64,000 bases of DNA from a virus. Lineage: Duplodnaviria; Heunggongvirae; Uroviricota; Caudoviricetes. Under the pieces are notes generated by a model, which saw only the letters and a program-made list of their open reading frames with translations, ran no database searches and was not told the DNA's origin. The stretch spans positions 157,721-221,720 of the IMG/VR virus record IMGVR_UViG_3300037067_009442. One strand, given 5' to 3'. Shown here one piece after another: positions 18,507-28,985 of this stretch. Position 1 is the stretch's first letter. Each line of letters begins with the position of its first letter. A program made the translations under genes and the position numbers.

Positions 18507-19044
18507 TTACCTTTCGTTTCCCGTTTCTATTCCCCATCATAGAGGCTCCGATCTTATTTTTCCAGGCTTCTGACTTTGGCTTACCTCTCCGTGTAAGGCT
18601 CATCTTTTGCCTAGTCTCTAATGACAATGACTTGCCCTTATTGTTAGGTGGCTTACCTTTCTTCGCTAAGCTCATCTTATGTTTAGTAGCCTCAGTGTGA
18701 GGCCTACATAACCCTAAGTGAGCTTCCCTGATCTTCTGCCTAGCTTCCGGGGACTGGTGGTGTCCAGAGGTCCCCTGACCCCCATGAGTAAAGTTACAAC
18801 CTATCTCGCTACTTCCTGCGTAAGTTAGGTGCTTTAGTATTAGCTTACGTTCAGTGTTGAGAGCTACCTTCTCAACCTTAGTAGTTCGAACAACCTCACG
18901 CCTGATACCGTAAACCTCAGAGATCAAAGAGTGCTTCTTGTTACGCCTTAACTGCAATACTCGGGAGCTATTACCTTTCCCAACATAGAAGGGTCTAGGT
19001 ACTTCCTCTTTTGTCCAGTCGACGTAAACATACCATACCCACAT
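18499..19044 (-). mobile_element. GIY-YIG homing endonuclease with NUMOD3-like repeats
   Basis: VWYVYVDW ... PFYVGKG is GIY-YIG. The C-terminal repeats EARQKIREAHLG, EATKHKMSLAKKGK, ETRQKMSLTRRGK and EAWKNKIGASMMG are NUMOD3-like. Confidence 0.6.
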
Positions 19045-19045
19045 A

Positions 19046-20299
19046 CTAACCCTTGTTACGCTTGAAGATACCCTTCAAGCTGCTTAGAGGATCCCACCCC
19101 TTGGTTAGTTTTTTCTGCATAGCCAAGAATTCTGGGTCACTGTCAAGGTTACTAAGTCTTTCCCAACTAGCCTTGCGCCGAGCAGGAGTATACCCGTACC
19201 CTAACCCTCGAGACCCGAACATAGGACGCTCATCCCCAAAGATATCGTTGACCTCAAAGAGCCAGATGAGCAGTCCAGTAAGGATAACACTGATGAAGAT
19301 GCAGACGGCGTACTGGGTCCCTGAGGGGGCGATACTGGATTGGAGGTACTCGAAGTCCTTCATTGGCTTACGCTTGTAGAACTGCTGAACGTTGTCGTGA
19401 ATAGCAGCCAAGGTAGCTTGAGGGGTAATCTCAGGGAGATCCATCACAGCATCTCGGAGTTTGATCTCGAAGATCTTGGCGGTAGTCCAGCACATGACCT
19501 GAGCCCACCTGGGTTTCATGGTGGAAGGATCTACCCCCACAACAAGAATAACGTCGTTCTTCTTCCCGCCGACCCAAGCCTGTTCCAAAGCATAGTACCA
19601 AGCATCCTCTTGACTAGTGAGGACCACAATCAGATTAGCCTGTTTCTTGGCTCCCAGCTCTGAGTTGATCTTCTCGAGACCCCTGTTCCACTCTTGGGGG
19701 TTGGTCATTGAGAAGCCCTGAGTCACCAAGCGGTCAGCGTGGTAGTAGTCGTATACTCGACCAGGGTAAGCTGGGATCCTACCCTGGTACTTCTCAGCCA
19801 GACCCTGGTGACGAAAGAGTGAGTCGGGGGCCGCTTTGATGTAACTCTCGTAGGTGTGCTTACGAGCAGTTGGCTCATTGATAGTGACCGCTGCCCAACG
19901 AGGGGGCGTGTTAGCTCCCTGGCGATCTATTCGACTGATCCTGAGGGACTCCCCATTTGAGGTGTAGACTTCCCAATTCCAGTCGTTGTCGTGATCGTAG
20001 CAGGTATCACACTCATCTGAGCAGGACCTGTTTTTACCTGAACCAGAGCATACCTCATGGCACCTGCATCGATAGGAGTGCTCACAAGACGTGTACTCCT
20101 TTGCCTTCTTGGTAACCCACCCATTCCAGATCTCCTCATCGGAGGTGTTCTGGTTGTAGACGATGGCTACTGCACTACCTGCAATAATCAACTGAGCCAC
20201 CACAAGCAGGGCGAATTCCTTCCAGGTGATCCCCTTGAGGAGAATGAAGGCACCAATGCCCGCCAGGAGAGGTATAATGAGGAGTAGCAAGAACGACAT
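19046..20299 (-). CDS. Membrane protein with Cys-rich extracytoplasmic region
   Basis: Two N-terminal transmembrane helices followed by CEHSYRCRCHEVCSGSGKNRSCSDECDTCYDHD. Confidence 0.4.
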   Translation of the reverse strand: MSFLLLLIIPLLAGIGAFILLKGITWKEFALLVVAQLIIAGSAVAIVYNQNTSDEEIWNGWVTKKAKEYTSCEHSYRCRCHEVCSGSGKNRSCSDECDTCYDHDNDWNWEVYTSNGESLRISRIDRQGANTPPRWAAVTINEPTARKHTYESYIKAAPDSLFRHQGLAEKYQGRIPAYPGRVYDYYHADRLVTQGFSMTNPQEWNRGLEKINSELGAKKQANLIVVLTSQEDAWYYALEQAWVGGKKNDVILVVGVDPSTMKPRWAQVMCWTTAKIFEIKLRDAVMDLPEITPQATLAAIHDNVQQFYKRKPMKDFEYLQSSIAPSGTQYAVCIFISVILTGLLIWLFEVNDIFGDERPMFGSRGLGYGYTPARRKASWERLSNLDSDPEFLAMQKKLTKGWDPLSSLKGIFKRNKG

Positions 20300-20395
20300 G
20301 CTTATCCTCTACTACGCTTGAGGTTCGTAGATCTCAACTAAAAAATTGAGATTCTAATATCTCGGTCTTGCAGCCGGTACACTAGAGGGGTTACC

Positions 20396-21019
20396 TCAAC
20401 TCACCCGCCGATAGCGACTCATCCTATTGAGTGCGATCTTGCGACCGTTGTCCTGGTAGGCAAATTCTTGATCCACATTTGTGATCGTGAAGGGTGCTGA
20501 TTGCCTTCTTGAGTCCTTACTCTGCCACACTTGGCCGGGACCCACTTCCACTGAGGTTGGGGCAGCTTCTATGGATTCTTGAGGAGGTAGTTCTAGTCGG
20601 TACTCGCCGCTCTTGGGCTTGTCTACCTGAGTTTGATTGGCTACCGAATGGTCTACCGGCTTATCAAGAGAAGGACTCGAGAAGACTTCGGAAGCCTCTG
20701 GTGGGGGTATGGAACCTCGTTCCTGACTAGGAGCTTCCTCGGGTTCCTTTTGCTGATTTGACTCTGGAATCAACTTTGGCACCGGCGGAGGAGCAACTAC
20801 GAGTCCTGCCGGAATTGGCTCCCCTGGTCTGAGAATCAGGGTATATCGATCTCCAACCACATTGCTTTCGCTAGTCGGGTTAATCGACCTGTTGGAGGAC
20901 ATCTTGAAGAACTTGTCCCGTATTTTCAGGATGTTACCCGGGTCGAATGCAACTGATATTCTACCGGCAACACTCTCGGACGGCTCTGAGTCGTCGAACT
21001 GAATCCTAGTTACTCTCAT
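20396..21019 (-). CDS. Pro-rich hypothetical protein
   Basis: 207-aa ORF. Confidence 0.35.
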   Translation of the reverse strand: MRVTRIQFDDSEPSESVAGRISVAFDPGNILKIRDKFFKMSSNRSINPTSESNVVGDRYTLILRPGEPIPAGLVVAPPPVPKLIPESNQQKEPEEAPSQERGSIPPPEASEVFSSPSLDKPVDHSVANQTQVDKPKSGEYRLELPPQESIEAAPTSVEVGPGQVWQSKDSRRQSAPFTITNVDQEFAYQDNGRKIALNRMSRYRRVS

Positions 21020-21078
21020 TCTGATCTCACAAGTAAGCTAAACATAACCACTTTAACAGGGATTGTCAACCTCTACCC

Positions 21079-21999
21079 TCACACAGACAAGCAGCGCTCA
21101 AATCCTACTTTATCAATAGAAGTCAGGATAAGTGGGGGTTCCGGTTCGCCTCTATCAATGTGAATCCTATCCTCGTAAGCGTGGCAGCCCCATTCCCCAT
21201 TATGATCACGGTAGGGGTAAACCGCAGACCATGTACCTAGACTAGGGTTCAGTGCAATTACTGCCGCAACTACATCATGAAGGGCCTTCCCATCAGGGTG
21301 CTTTTTGAAGTAGTGTTTCATCCCAGCCTTGATGAAGTCTAGACCAGGGTGGGATCCCTGAGGGATCCTAGAGTCTACCTCAGGGGAATAAAACATCCCG
21401 TGACAAACATTCTTGGAGACAAGGGTGACACTTGGGATAGGTAGTCGGTCCTGACAAAGAAGGTGGACGGCGGCTTTCCAATCCCCTCCTAAGTTGAAGG
21501 TAGGGCAAGTGACCCTTCCTTCAAACTTTGGTAAACGAAGATTTGGGGGCACAATGTTATCCCCCGCAAAACCCCCCTGACAGGTCCACTCACGGAAGAA
21601 GGGTACTCCTCTGGCTTGGGCTTCCTGTGCAGATCGGAAGATATTTGTCAGAGCTGCGCCGGTGACTAGATGAGTGTCTGGGTACGAAGCGATAGCACTC
21701 AAGATGACGTCAACTGCGGACCCGTCAGGATCTTGAGGTTGAACCTCCCCTAGCCAAGCCGTATGGAAGCCAGATACTCGAGTCTTCTCGCTCTTGGGGT
21801 TACCTACCCCTACCGGAATAGAACCCCTCCCTAGGAGGTTGAGGACGTGTTTGACAAGCCCTACTTGGTCTTTCCCTCCTGGATGGATGGTAACGGCTAC
21901 GAGGTTTGACCTCGGATGGGTAGCAAGTAGGGCCAGAGCGAAGATATCGTCTGGGTCGCTGGTCTCGAGGTCAAGTAAGTAGTTCCCCTTCAATGGCAT
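21079..21999 (-). CDS. Nucleoside hydrolase-like protein (tentative)
   Basis: The N-terminal LLDLETSDPDDIFALALL resembles the IU-nucleoside hydrolase Asp cluster. Confidence 0.3.
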   Translation of the reverse strand: MPLKGNYLLDLETSDPDDIFALALLATHPRSNLVAVTIHPGGKDQVGLVKHVLNLLGRGSIPVGVGNPKSEKTRVSGFHTAWLGEVQPQDPDGSAVDVILSAIASYPDTHLVTGAALTNIFRSAQEAQARGVPFFREWTCQGGFAGDNIVPPNLRLPKFEGRVTCPTFNLGGDWKAAVHLLCQDRLPIPSVTLVSKNVCHGMFYSPEVDSRIPQGSHPGLDFIKAGMKHYFKKHPDGKALHDVVAAVIALNPSLGTWSAVYPYRDHNGEWGCHAYEDRIHIDRGEPEPPLILTSIDKVGFERCLSV

Positions 22000-23263
22000 T
22001 TCGCTCGTCCTGATCGGCTTGGTAACAGCTATCAGCTACACCGGCTAGGACGTGCAATAGTTTCGAATGTGCCTCCCAGTCTCCAAATTGAGGGCCCGAA
22101 CTAGTACTAGGCCTCCAGAGGTATCGGGTTTGGGCTAGGGTACTCCGAAGAGTAATTGTCTCTGCTACCGTAGCCAAGAACTGGTCCTCCTGGCTTGGGT
22201 CGAGATTCATCATCCGCATCAACTGAAAGTGTGCATCAAGTCCGACACAGAATCCGTCATTGAGCCAACGTAACGCCTCACTGTCCTTCAATCCCCTGAT
22301 GAAGGGGTCAGTCGTAGTTTTACCTAGGTTACTCCAGAGATCTCTAACCTTCTTCTCTACCTTACTCAACTCAACCCTATCTAGGTCCAAGAGAGCTTCC
22401 CACACATCCTCTCGAACCATAGCTTGAGCTACTAGGACCTTCGTCTCTTTCTTAGGTTTAACTGCCTTCAGATCGACACTACCTAATTTTGGTCGTACAA
22501 GAAGGCAAGGTTCCTCTTTGTACGAAACAGAACCCTCAAAGAGCTCCCCGGGATAGAACTTAGTCTCGAACCTCTCATCTAAGGTAGGCTGTAGAAGAGC
22601 AAGGCTACTCTTAAGGTCCCCACCATAACTCCATCGAACTTGAACACAACCAAATGACTTCTTATTGAGCAGGTAGCCGTCACAGAAACCCTTATCAGAT
22701 ACCTTGAACCCCGCCTTCCTGAGGATCTTACGAACCCTTCTCAGGTTGGGGATAGCAGGGTCCAACTTAGTAACAAGGTGGGGAGTTCCGAGAGGGCCCT
22801 CAGACTCTCTGACCGCGTTATTAAATAGGATCTCTCTGAAGTTTACCATCTTGACTCGGAGCCTGCTCTCCCAGATAGCCTCCATGAGCTTACTGAACTT
22901 CATACTCTTCCGAACAGGAACATCGTGGCAGCTATTATGTCCAGTACCCCTCTCTAATAGGTCGTATTGAAACCCCCTGAGCCAGACTTGCTTCTCAGGA
23001 CCCTCTTCAATATCAACCGCCCTTCCGTAGTCATCATAGGTAGCTCTCAGAGCGAAGGTCCGGGGCTCCCAGATCCCGTTAACCACACACGCATCTTGGA
23101 CCCTCCCATAGAACGGGTTCCTATTAAGAAGGAAGAATCGAACCTTATCTCCGCCATGAATCGGAAGCCCAGAGATGCAGCAAGTAAACGCGAAGGAACC
23201 CATACAGTCAGCATACACCAACCTCAGTCTTTCGGTGTACCTTTCGTCGAATGAGTTCCCCAA
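21971..23263 (-). CDS. Hypothetical protein
   Basis: 430-aa ORF. Confidence 0.4.
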   Translation of the reverse strand: MGNSFDERYTERLRLVYADCMGSFAFTCCISGLPIHGGDKVRFFLLNRNPFYGRVQDACVVNGIWEPRTFALRATYDDYGRAVDIEEGPEKQVWLRGFQYDLLERGTGHNSCHDVPVRKSMKFSKLMEAIWESRLRVKMVNFREILFNNAVRESEGPLGTPHLVTKLDPAIPNLRRVRKILRKAGFKVSDKGFCDGYLLNKKSFGCVQVRWSYGGDLKSSLALLQPTLDERFETKFYPGELFEGSVSYKEEPCLLVRPKLGSVDLKAVKPKKETKVLVAQAMVREDVWEALLDLDRVELSKVEKKVRDLWSNLGKTTTDPFIRGLKDSEALRWLNDGFCVGLDAHFQLMRMMNLDPSQEDQFLATVAETITLRSTLAQTRYLWRPSTSSGPQFGDWEAHSKLLHVLAGVADSCYQADQDERNAIEGELLT

Positions 23264-23724
23264 TCCACAAGGTCCATGACTTGATGGCTTTAGCTCTGGA
23301 CAAGGGCACCGACAAAGAAGAATCTAGAACAGCGGCGATTACCGCACTTACTTTGATCCGAAAACACCGATTACTGTTCGAACCTGAGGGGGATCTGACT
23401 CCTGAACCGGAACCCCCGAGGCCAAGTTCACCTCTGTCGGCCGAGATGTCAGTCAAGAGCATCCGCAACTTAGCGGATGATCAGGCCCGAAAGTTGGTAT
23501 CTGAGTTGGTACGAAAGTCAATCCTAGGGGGCTTCCCTTTGGTCAGCGCTGCTTCCATTGCCGAAGCTGAGATCAAAGCAGGACACCTCTTACGAAAGCA
23601 CCGTAAGGTCTTCCTTGATCAACTTCGGAAGACCCTGAATGCGAAGGTCAACCGAGGGGTATTGGTATCCAAGTCAGGGTATCGAGGGGGTTACCAGCTT
23701 GCTCAAACTAAGAAGGCGGTGTAG
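23251..23724 (+). CDS. Hypothetical protein
   Basis: 157-aa ORF. Confidence 0.4.
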   Translation: MSSPIHKVHDLMALALDKGTDKEESRTAAITALTLIRKHRLLFEPEGDLTPEPEPPRPSSPLSAEMSVKSIRNLADDQARKLVSELVRKSILGGFPLVSAASIAEAEIKAGHLLRKHRKVFLDQLRKTLNAKVNRGVLVSKSGYRGGYQLAQTKKAV

Positions 23725-23732
23725 AAGGCTGA

Positions 23733-24539
23733 ATGCCGGTTCGCCCTCTACTTGACATCAGGATCGATCTAATCGACTCCCTCTCTGCTCTTGGGGCTAC
23801 AGTAGTCGATGCTACTCGAGTAGCCGACGGAGTAATTGATGCAGGTGGAAATCCAGTAGCTGGGATCCGGAGTACACAGGAGTTGTATCGAGAGTTGGAT
23901 ACCTTGCCTAGGGGGTATCACCCCCTCTCTCGAATCATGGACCCTGAGGAGTTGGCGCATTTTCTGGCCAACTCTAACCTAGCCCCTGTAACTCCTATTG
24001 TAGACATTGAACCCCAAGAGGGGTCTACTAGGGAGATCAGACTTGGGGTACCTTCTACTCCAGCAGGCACCAGCCCGATGCCTATGTTTGAGCTCTACAG
24101 TAACCCATCGGTCCATATTACAAAGGCACAGGCTAGAAAGATCTTCAAGGGGTTCCCTATGTGGAAGAATGGACCGCCGCGACCCGGGTGGATTAAGGTT
24201 GGACTTGTATTCACCCATAAGTCATCAAAAGCATCCTATCGAGTAGTAGGGTTTGACGGGACTGGGGTTCAAGCAACTGCTATTAAGGGGGATGCAAGGG
24301 GACTAATCACTAACATCAAGTACCGAGATATCCACAAGTCTTGGAAGACGGACGAATTCATTCTATGTGATGAGTGCCGAGCCGTACCGGAGAGTACAAC
24401 TATCTGTACTAGTTGTGGAAGAAGAAAGCTTCGCAAGACAGATGATACCGGATGGGAGCTGCCTAAGTTCTGTGAGACAGCTTTTGATGACCCAGATCCG
24501 CTTCCGAAGACGAGATTTGAACGAGAGGATCCGATCTAG
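23733..24539 (+). CDS. Hypothetical protein with C-terminal zinc ribbon; C-terminus ends KTRFEREDPI
   Basis: CDEC ... CTSCG, then the shared C-terminal motif. Confidence 0.4.
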   Translation: MPVRPLLDIRIDLIDSLSALGATVVDATRVADGVIDAGGNPVAGIRSTQELYRELDTLPRGYHPLSRIMDPEELAHFLANSNLAPVTPIVDIEPQEGSTREIRLGVPSTPAGTSPMPMFELYSNPSVHITKAQARKIFKGFPMWKNGPPRPGWIKVGLVFTHKSSKASYRVVGFDGTGVQATAIKGDARGLITNIKYRDIHKSWKTDEFILCDECRAVPESTTICTSCGRRKLRKTDDTGWELPKFCETAFDDPDPLPKTRFEREDPI

Positions 24540-24576
24540 TACTCGAGTAGAACTTCCTTCGATACACCCGTGAGGC

Positions 24577-25140
24577 ATGGCAGATCGTCTAGAATGCTTT
24601 CTCCTGAAGCCCTCGGTTTATGCCAAGGAATCACTGAGAAGGTTTGCTTCCAGTTCCACTAATACCTGTGCTAGTGGGGTTTATCACAACGCAGTAGTGT
24701 ACTTAGGTACAGTCCCCTACCCCACTTCAGAGCTTGATGGTGAGCCCGGGAGAGGAGTTGATCACAGTGACCCTAGGTGGCCAACTACCTGTTCTTGTGG
24801 TTACCACTTCAAGGAGGCGGATTATTGGCAGCACAATCTGACCCGACTTTACTGGAGAGGAGACCATCTCTCGATGAGTACTACTCTCAGTGAAGCTCCT
24901 GTAGGAGCCATGTGGACCGCAGATTGGTATGACTTCAAGGGGCCTGATGGGCACTGCTTAGTGGTTAGGACACCAGGTGGGGATTGGATAGTTGACGGAC
25001 CGTCGATGAACAACGATGGGTCAAGAGGCAATCCCTGGCAGCGTTCTGGTGAGATCCCTAAGGTAACTGCCAACCCAAGTATACATATCCCAGGGAAGTA
25101 CCATGGGTGGCTTCGTGAAGGGTTCTTAGAAAGTTGCTAG
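24577..25140 (+). CDS. Hypothetical protein
   Basis: 187-aa ORF. Confidence 0.4.
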   Translation: MADRLECFLLKPSVYAKESLRRFASSSTNTCASGVYHNAVVYLGTVPYPTSELDGEPGRGVDHSDPRWPTTCSCGYHFKEADYWQHNLTRLYWRGDHLSMSTTLSEAPVGAMWTADWYDFKGPDGHCLVVRTPGGDWIVDGPSMNNDGSRGNPWQRSGEIPKVTANPSIHIPGKYHGWLREGFLESC

Positions 25141-25562
25141 CTTCCGTCGTAAGGCCACGGGTCAGCTCTACGTAGACCAGAGGATCCAGTGTCCTCTCCG
25201 GGAGGAGCTTCATACTGACCAGCTTTGCTGTAATCGGGTTCCTTGATGAGGATCTCAGGGAATTGTCGCATCCACTTTCGAGCATCACGTTCCTCCGCTG
25301 GAGTGAAGGCCTTCGCTCGAATCTTATCCCTGACTTCGAAGGGCAAGCTACCGTAGAACGGATTCTTCAGTTGGGATTGAACCATAGGGTGGTCCTCCAT
25401 CTCTTGTCCTGGCAACCTTGAGGTGAAGGCCGCTAGGATTTCCTGGTGAGGTTCCACTAGCAAAGTTCTCTCTGCTACTCTCTCTGATGCCACTTGCTGA
25501 AGAGTAGGGTTCTGATCAGATCCCTCTGAGAAAAGGTCACGAATACTTTTGTGAACGACCAT
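25137..25562 (-). CDS. Hypothetical protein
   Basis: 141-aa ORF. Confidence 0.35.
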   Translation of the reverse strand: MVVHKSIRDLFSEGSDQNPTLQQVASERVAERTLLVEPHQEILAAFTSRLPGQEMEDHPMVQSQLKNPFYGSLPFEVRDKIRAKAFTPAEERDARKWMRQFPEILIKEPDYSKAGQYEAPPGEDTGSSGLRRADPWPYDGS

Positions 25563-25813
25563 AGGTGTACTGTACCCTTATGAAGTTCACTTGTCACGCT
25601 GTTGTCTCAGGGTCCCAAGTTGTGAAGTGGGTCATTCGAGGGGCGGATCGTAGTTACAAAGGATCCTTCCTTGATGCCCTGAAAGACAGGGTTCGCCTAG
25701 AGCACCCTGGAGCTGAGTTCGAGGAATCAACTAGTATTCAATGGGGTCAGGAATCAATGCCTAGTTGAGGTAGTAACCAAAAGGATCTACCTATAGTCCC
25801 TGTTCAGTAGCCC

Positions 25814-26650
25814 ATGGCCACTGAGAAATTTGCCAACAATCCGGTCACTACTTTGAATGGTGGGGTTAGCGCTATTGATACCTCCGTCATTGTAACTGAC
25901 GCCACCCCCTTCCCTGTAACAGCTCAGTTCCGACTCAAGGTTGAAAGTGAGCTCATGCTTATCACTGGGGTAGCTGGGAATACCTTCACCGCTACCCGAG
26001 GTATTGAAGGAACAATAGCGGCTGATCATAGTAGTGGAGTACTAGCAACTCATATTCTCACCGCGGGCTCCCTGGACCTTTTGGTTCAGACTGATGATCC
26101 TCGGCTGAGTGATGATCGGACAGCTTCTGGGATCCGAACGGCAACTACGGTAGTAGTAACCTCAGGAGCAACAGCCCCCTCCAACGGGCAAGTACTCACA
26201 GCCTCTTCGAGCACAGCAGCTGTTTGGGCTACTCCATCGACGGAGATCCCTCTTGTAGGCATAAGCTCTGAGGTCCCTCTAACAGCTAATAGTGACATAG
26301 TAATTGACACCAGACCTGCATCCCCAACCGGTATAGGTCGATGGAAGTTATTGTCAATTGACCTTAGATTGAAAACAGCCCTAATTGGAACCGGAAGCAC
26401 TACAGTTAAAGTAGGTTCTTCAATTGGAGGCTCTGAGATTGTACTATCACAGACGATTATTAATACAGACCCAGTAGGGGGAAACGTTGGTGGGTTAGCT
26501 TTATCAACACTAGGGTCTGCAATGGATCAGGCAAATGGCTTTATAGGGTTATTTGGTGCAGGTCAAACCATTAATGTTAATGTCGCTGTCTCTGGGGTTG
26601 TGACAGATGGAGCGGTGACAATTTACTTACTATGGCAGGCTTTATCATGA
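25814..26650 (+). CDS. Virion structural / fibre-like protein
   Basis: Gly/Thr/Ser-rich beta-type sequence. The motif SGATAPSNGQVLTASSSTAAVWA is also found in the 47729..52603 and 52603..53934 proteins. Confidence 0.45.
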   Translation: MATEKFANNPVTTLNGGVSAIDTSVIVTDATPFPVTAQFRLKVESELMLITGVAGNTFTATRGIEGTIAADHSSGVLATHILTAGSLDLLVQTDDPRLSDDRTASGIRTATTVVVTSGATAPSNGQVLTASSSTAAVWATPSTEIPLVGISSEVPLTANSDIVIDTRPASPTGIGRWKLLSIDLRLKTALIGTGSTTVKVGSSIGGSEIVLSQTIINTDPVGGNVGGLALSTLGSAMDQANGFIGLFGAGQTINVNVAVSGVVTDGAVTIYLLWQALS

Positions 26651-27642
26651 GCAGAAGAGTACTGAGGAAGTATAGACTTCTTACTTACGACTCCAGCTCT
26701 GGGCACATCTATTGGAAAACAGGAACTGGATCGATCTGGGCAGGAGGGAGCGGTAACCTCACTGTCGCTAGTGGCTTTGCTATGGCAATGTCTGGTCATG
26801 GTGACCGTGCATTATACACACCATACAGTGGTGGGGTAGTATATCCACTCAGCGTAAATCCGAGTACTGATGCTTGGACTCAGGGCACTGGGATAGCTAT
26901 GCCTGGTAACCCGAATGGAGTAAGTATTGACTTTAGTGGCTCAAATGCCATTATATCTGCGGATTCCACCTCTACAGTGAAGATGTTACGTTGGAATACT
27001 GGAACAGGTGTATGGGGCGTAAAGACTACATTAACATTGACCACCACAAGTCATGCAGCAGTGGTTATTGCATCAGCGGGGACACATGCCTTAGCCGCGG
27101 CAAAGACAACCGCATACGTGACCCCACTAGAGCTAAACTCAGGCACTGATACCTGGACGCAATCAACACCAATACCATTAGTAAGTGCGTCTCATTATGG
27201 GATCGCAATGTCTCGAAGCGGAGAATGGGCTATCGTGTGCGGGTCCTCTGGGGTGGGTACTACTTTCCTACGGAGAAATATGGTAACAAGAGTGTGGTCA
27301 GTCTATCAAGTGTTGGCGGGTGATACCTGGAGTGCATCCTTTGGGCCAGATGACGACTACGCACTTACTTGTGAAAACCCGACTAATAAGATTTTCCCAG
27401 TCATCTTTGATCGAGTGACTGGACTATGGTCTCGTGGTACATACTTTCTAGCTAATTCCGGACCTCAACAGATTTGTATTATCCAAGATGGGATAGGACT
27501 ACTGGCCGTAGTTGCATCCTGGAACGCTGTAACTCAGATTTTCCGGCGTAGCCAAGCTACTGGTATATGGTCAGAAGAATCTTCATTTGGTACAAATAGG
27601 GCTCTAGCTGCTGTAGGAGCTGCTGTATACCCTACAACATAG
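26632..27642 (+). CDS. Virion structural protein (repeat / beta-propeller-like)
   Basis: 336-aa ORF with repeated W/G/T-rich blades. Translationally coupled to the previous gene. Confidence 0.4.
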   Translation: MAGFIMSRRVLRKYRLLTYDSSSGHIYWKTGTGSIWAGGSGNLTVASGFAMAMSGHGDRALYTPYSGGVVYPLSVNPSTDAWTQGTGIAMPGNPNGVSIDFSGSNAIISADSTSTVKMLRWNTGTGVWGVKTTLTLTTTSHAAVVIASAGTHALAAAKTTAYVTPLELNSGTDTWTQSTPIPLVSASHYGIAMSRSGEWAIVCGSSGVGTTFLRRNMVTRVWSVYQVLAGDTWSASFGPDDDYALTCENPTNKIFPVIFDRVTGLWSRGTYFLANSGPQQICIIQDGIGLLAVVASWNAVTQIFRRSQATGIWSEESSFGTNRALAAVGAAVYPTT

Positions 27643-27719
27643 TGAAGATAACTCACCTTATGCATGTAGTACATGGTTATTACAATCAACACTCAACACT
27701 CAATCAGTAAAGTTAGATC

Positions 27720-28682
27720 ATGGCACTACCTACACTTGAAAGAACCTGGCAATACAACGTCAACCAAGCAATCATAAGCTCTGGCATTGCTTCTACTGAT
27801 CTTAAGCAACTAATCCTTCAGATCAAGAACTCCATGATTGGGTTTGCTAGTAACCCTTGGACAGTTGTTAGTAGTAGTACAGGTGCGGTAGTAGATAACT
27901 CTGACTTATGGGCAACTATCAGTGATATAATGGTCCCTCAGTCGCTGGGGAACCCCCACTCATGGATTGTCCTTCAGCAAACAGGAGTGACAGGTGGTCC
28001 ACTACAACTATGTATTGATATGGTTGAGTCTTACTATGGGGAAATGGACCGCCTCATTGTGCTCATTTCCCCGAGTGCAGGGTTTACAGGCGGAACTATA
28101 AGTGCCCGACCAACGGCAACCGATGAGGCTTTCCTCGTTAATAAGCAGAAGTGGATCTCTAACACAGGAGCAAACTCAAAAGTCCTACACGTTACGCAGG
28201 ACTCATCAGGTAAAAGTACTAGAGTCTTTGTGTTCACCTCTAGCACATGTATTCTTCATATACTAATCGAAACCCTCGCTGATTCCGCATTGCCTGTTCC
28301 AGTCAACGTACTTTGGGGTTATGTGGTAGATGTCCAAAGGACAGCTACTTACTGCTATGATAACCCAGTCATCAATGGCTACTACAACGGGACTCACTAC
28401 CTCTCGTACATGGCTACAGAAGCCTTTGGTTCAACCCCTATTACCAATGGGAATTCAGGGAGTACCTCCAATTTCACATCTACCTTCCCCATTGTCCCAA
28501 TTTCGTCTTACTCCCTAACCGGAGGATGTCAGGGTAGAGCAGGTAGATTCGTGGATCTTTACATGGGATCTTCTGGCGTACTTACGGGAGGAACCTACCC
28601 TCTAACCCCCAGTGATAAGGAATTTGCTCAATTCCTTCAGTTCATTACCCCCTGGAACGGGACTGTAGTACTAATGACCTAA
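27720..28682 (+). CDS. Structural protein, paralog A of a duplicated cassette
   Basis: Begins MALPTLERTWQYNVNQAI. About 55-60% identical to the 28986..29933 protein, with a shared upstream cagtaaagttagatcATGGCA. Confidence 0.5.
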   Translation: MALPTLERTWQYNVNQAIISSGIASTDLKQLILQIKNSMIGFASNPWTVVSSSTGAVVDNSDLWATISDIMVPQSLGNPHSWIVLQQTGVTGGPLQLCIDMVESYYGEMDRLIVLISPSAGFTGGTISARPTATDEAFLVNKQKWISNTGANSKVLHVTQDSSGKSTRVFVFTSSTCILHILIETLADSALPVPVNVLWGYVVDVQRTATYCYDNPVINGYYNGTHYLSYMATEAFGSTPITNGNSGSTSNFTSTFPIVPISSYSLTGGCQGRAGRFVDLYMGSSGVLTGGTYPLTPSDKEFAQFLQFITPWNGTVVLMT

Positions 28683-28693
28683 GGTAGGTTCTT

Positions 28694-28957
28694 ATGGCTG
28701 ACGACTATGATGGTGACCTAGTTGGACTACCCACTAACTTCCATAGCTATGGGTGTATGGATCAACCATTTGCCGGTTGGTACTCTCAGACTGATAGCTT
28801 GGTGATTCTAGTAAATCACTACCACAAGCGAGGGTGGCATACTGAATCCAACGCTTATGTCGAGTGGGAGAGTACAGATCGAAACACTCCCTACCCAGGT
28901 GGGGGTACCGTAGAGCCCGCAGTTGGTACAGTAGTCTTCCAGTGGACCACTACCTAG
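28694..28957 (+). CDS. Small partner protein A (possible fibre assembly chaperone or adaptor)
   Basis: Shares GWYSQTDS..NHYHKRGWHTESNAYVEWESTDR.TPYPGGGTVEPAVGTVVFQW.TT with the 29946..30293 protein. Confidence 0.45.
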   Translation: MADDYDGDLVGLPTNFHSYGCMDQPFAGWYSQTDSLVILVNHYHKRGWHTESNAYVEWESTDRNTPYPGGGTVEPAVGTVVFQWTTT

Positions 28958-28985
28958 AGTAATCGATAACCAGTAAAGTTAGATC

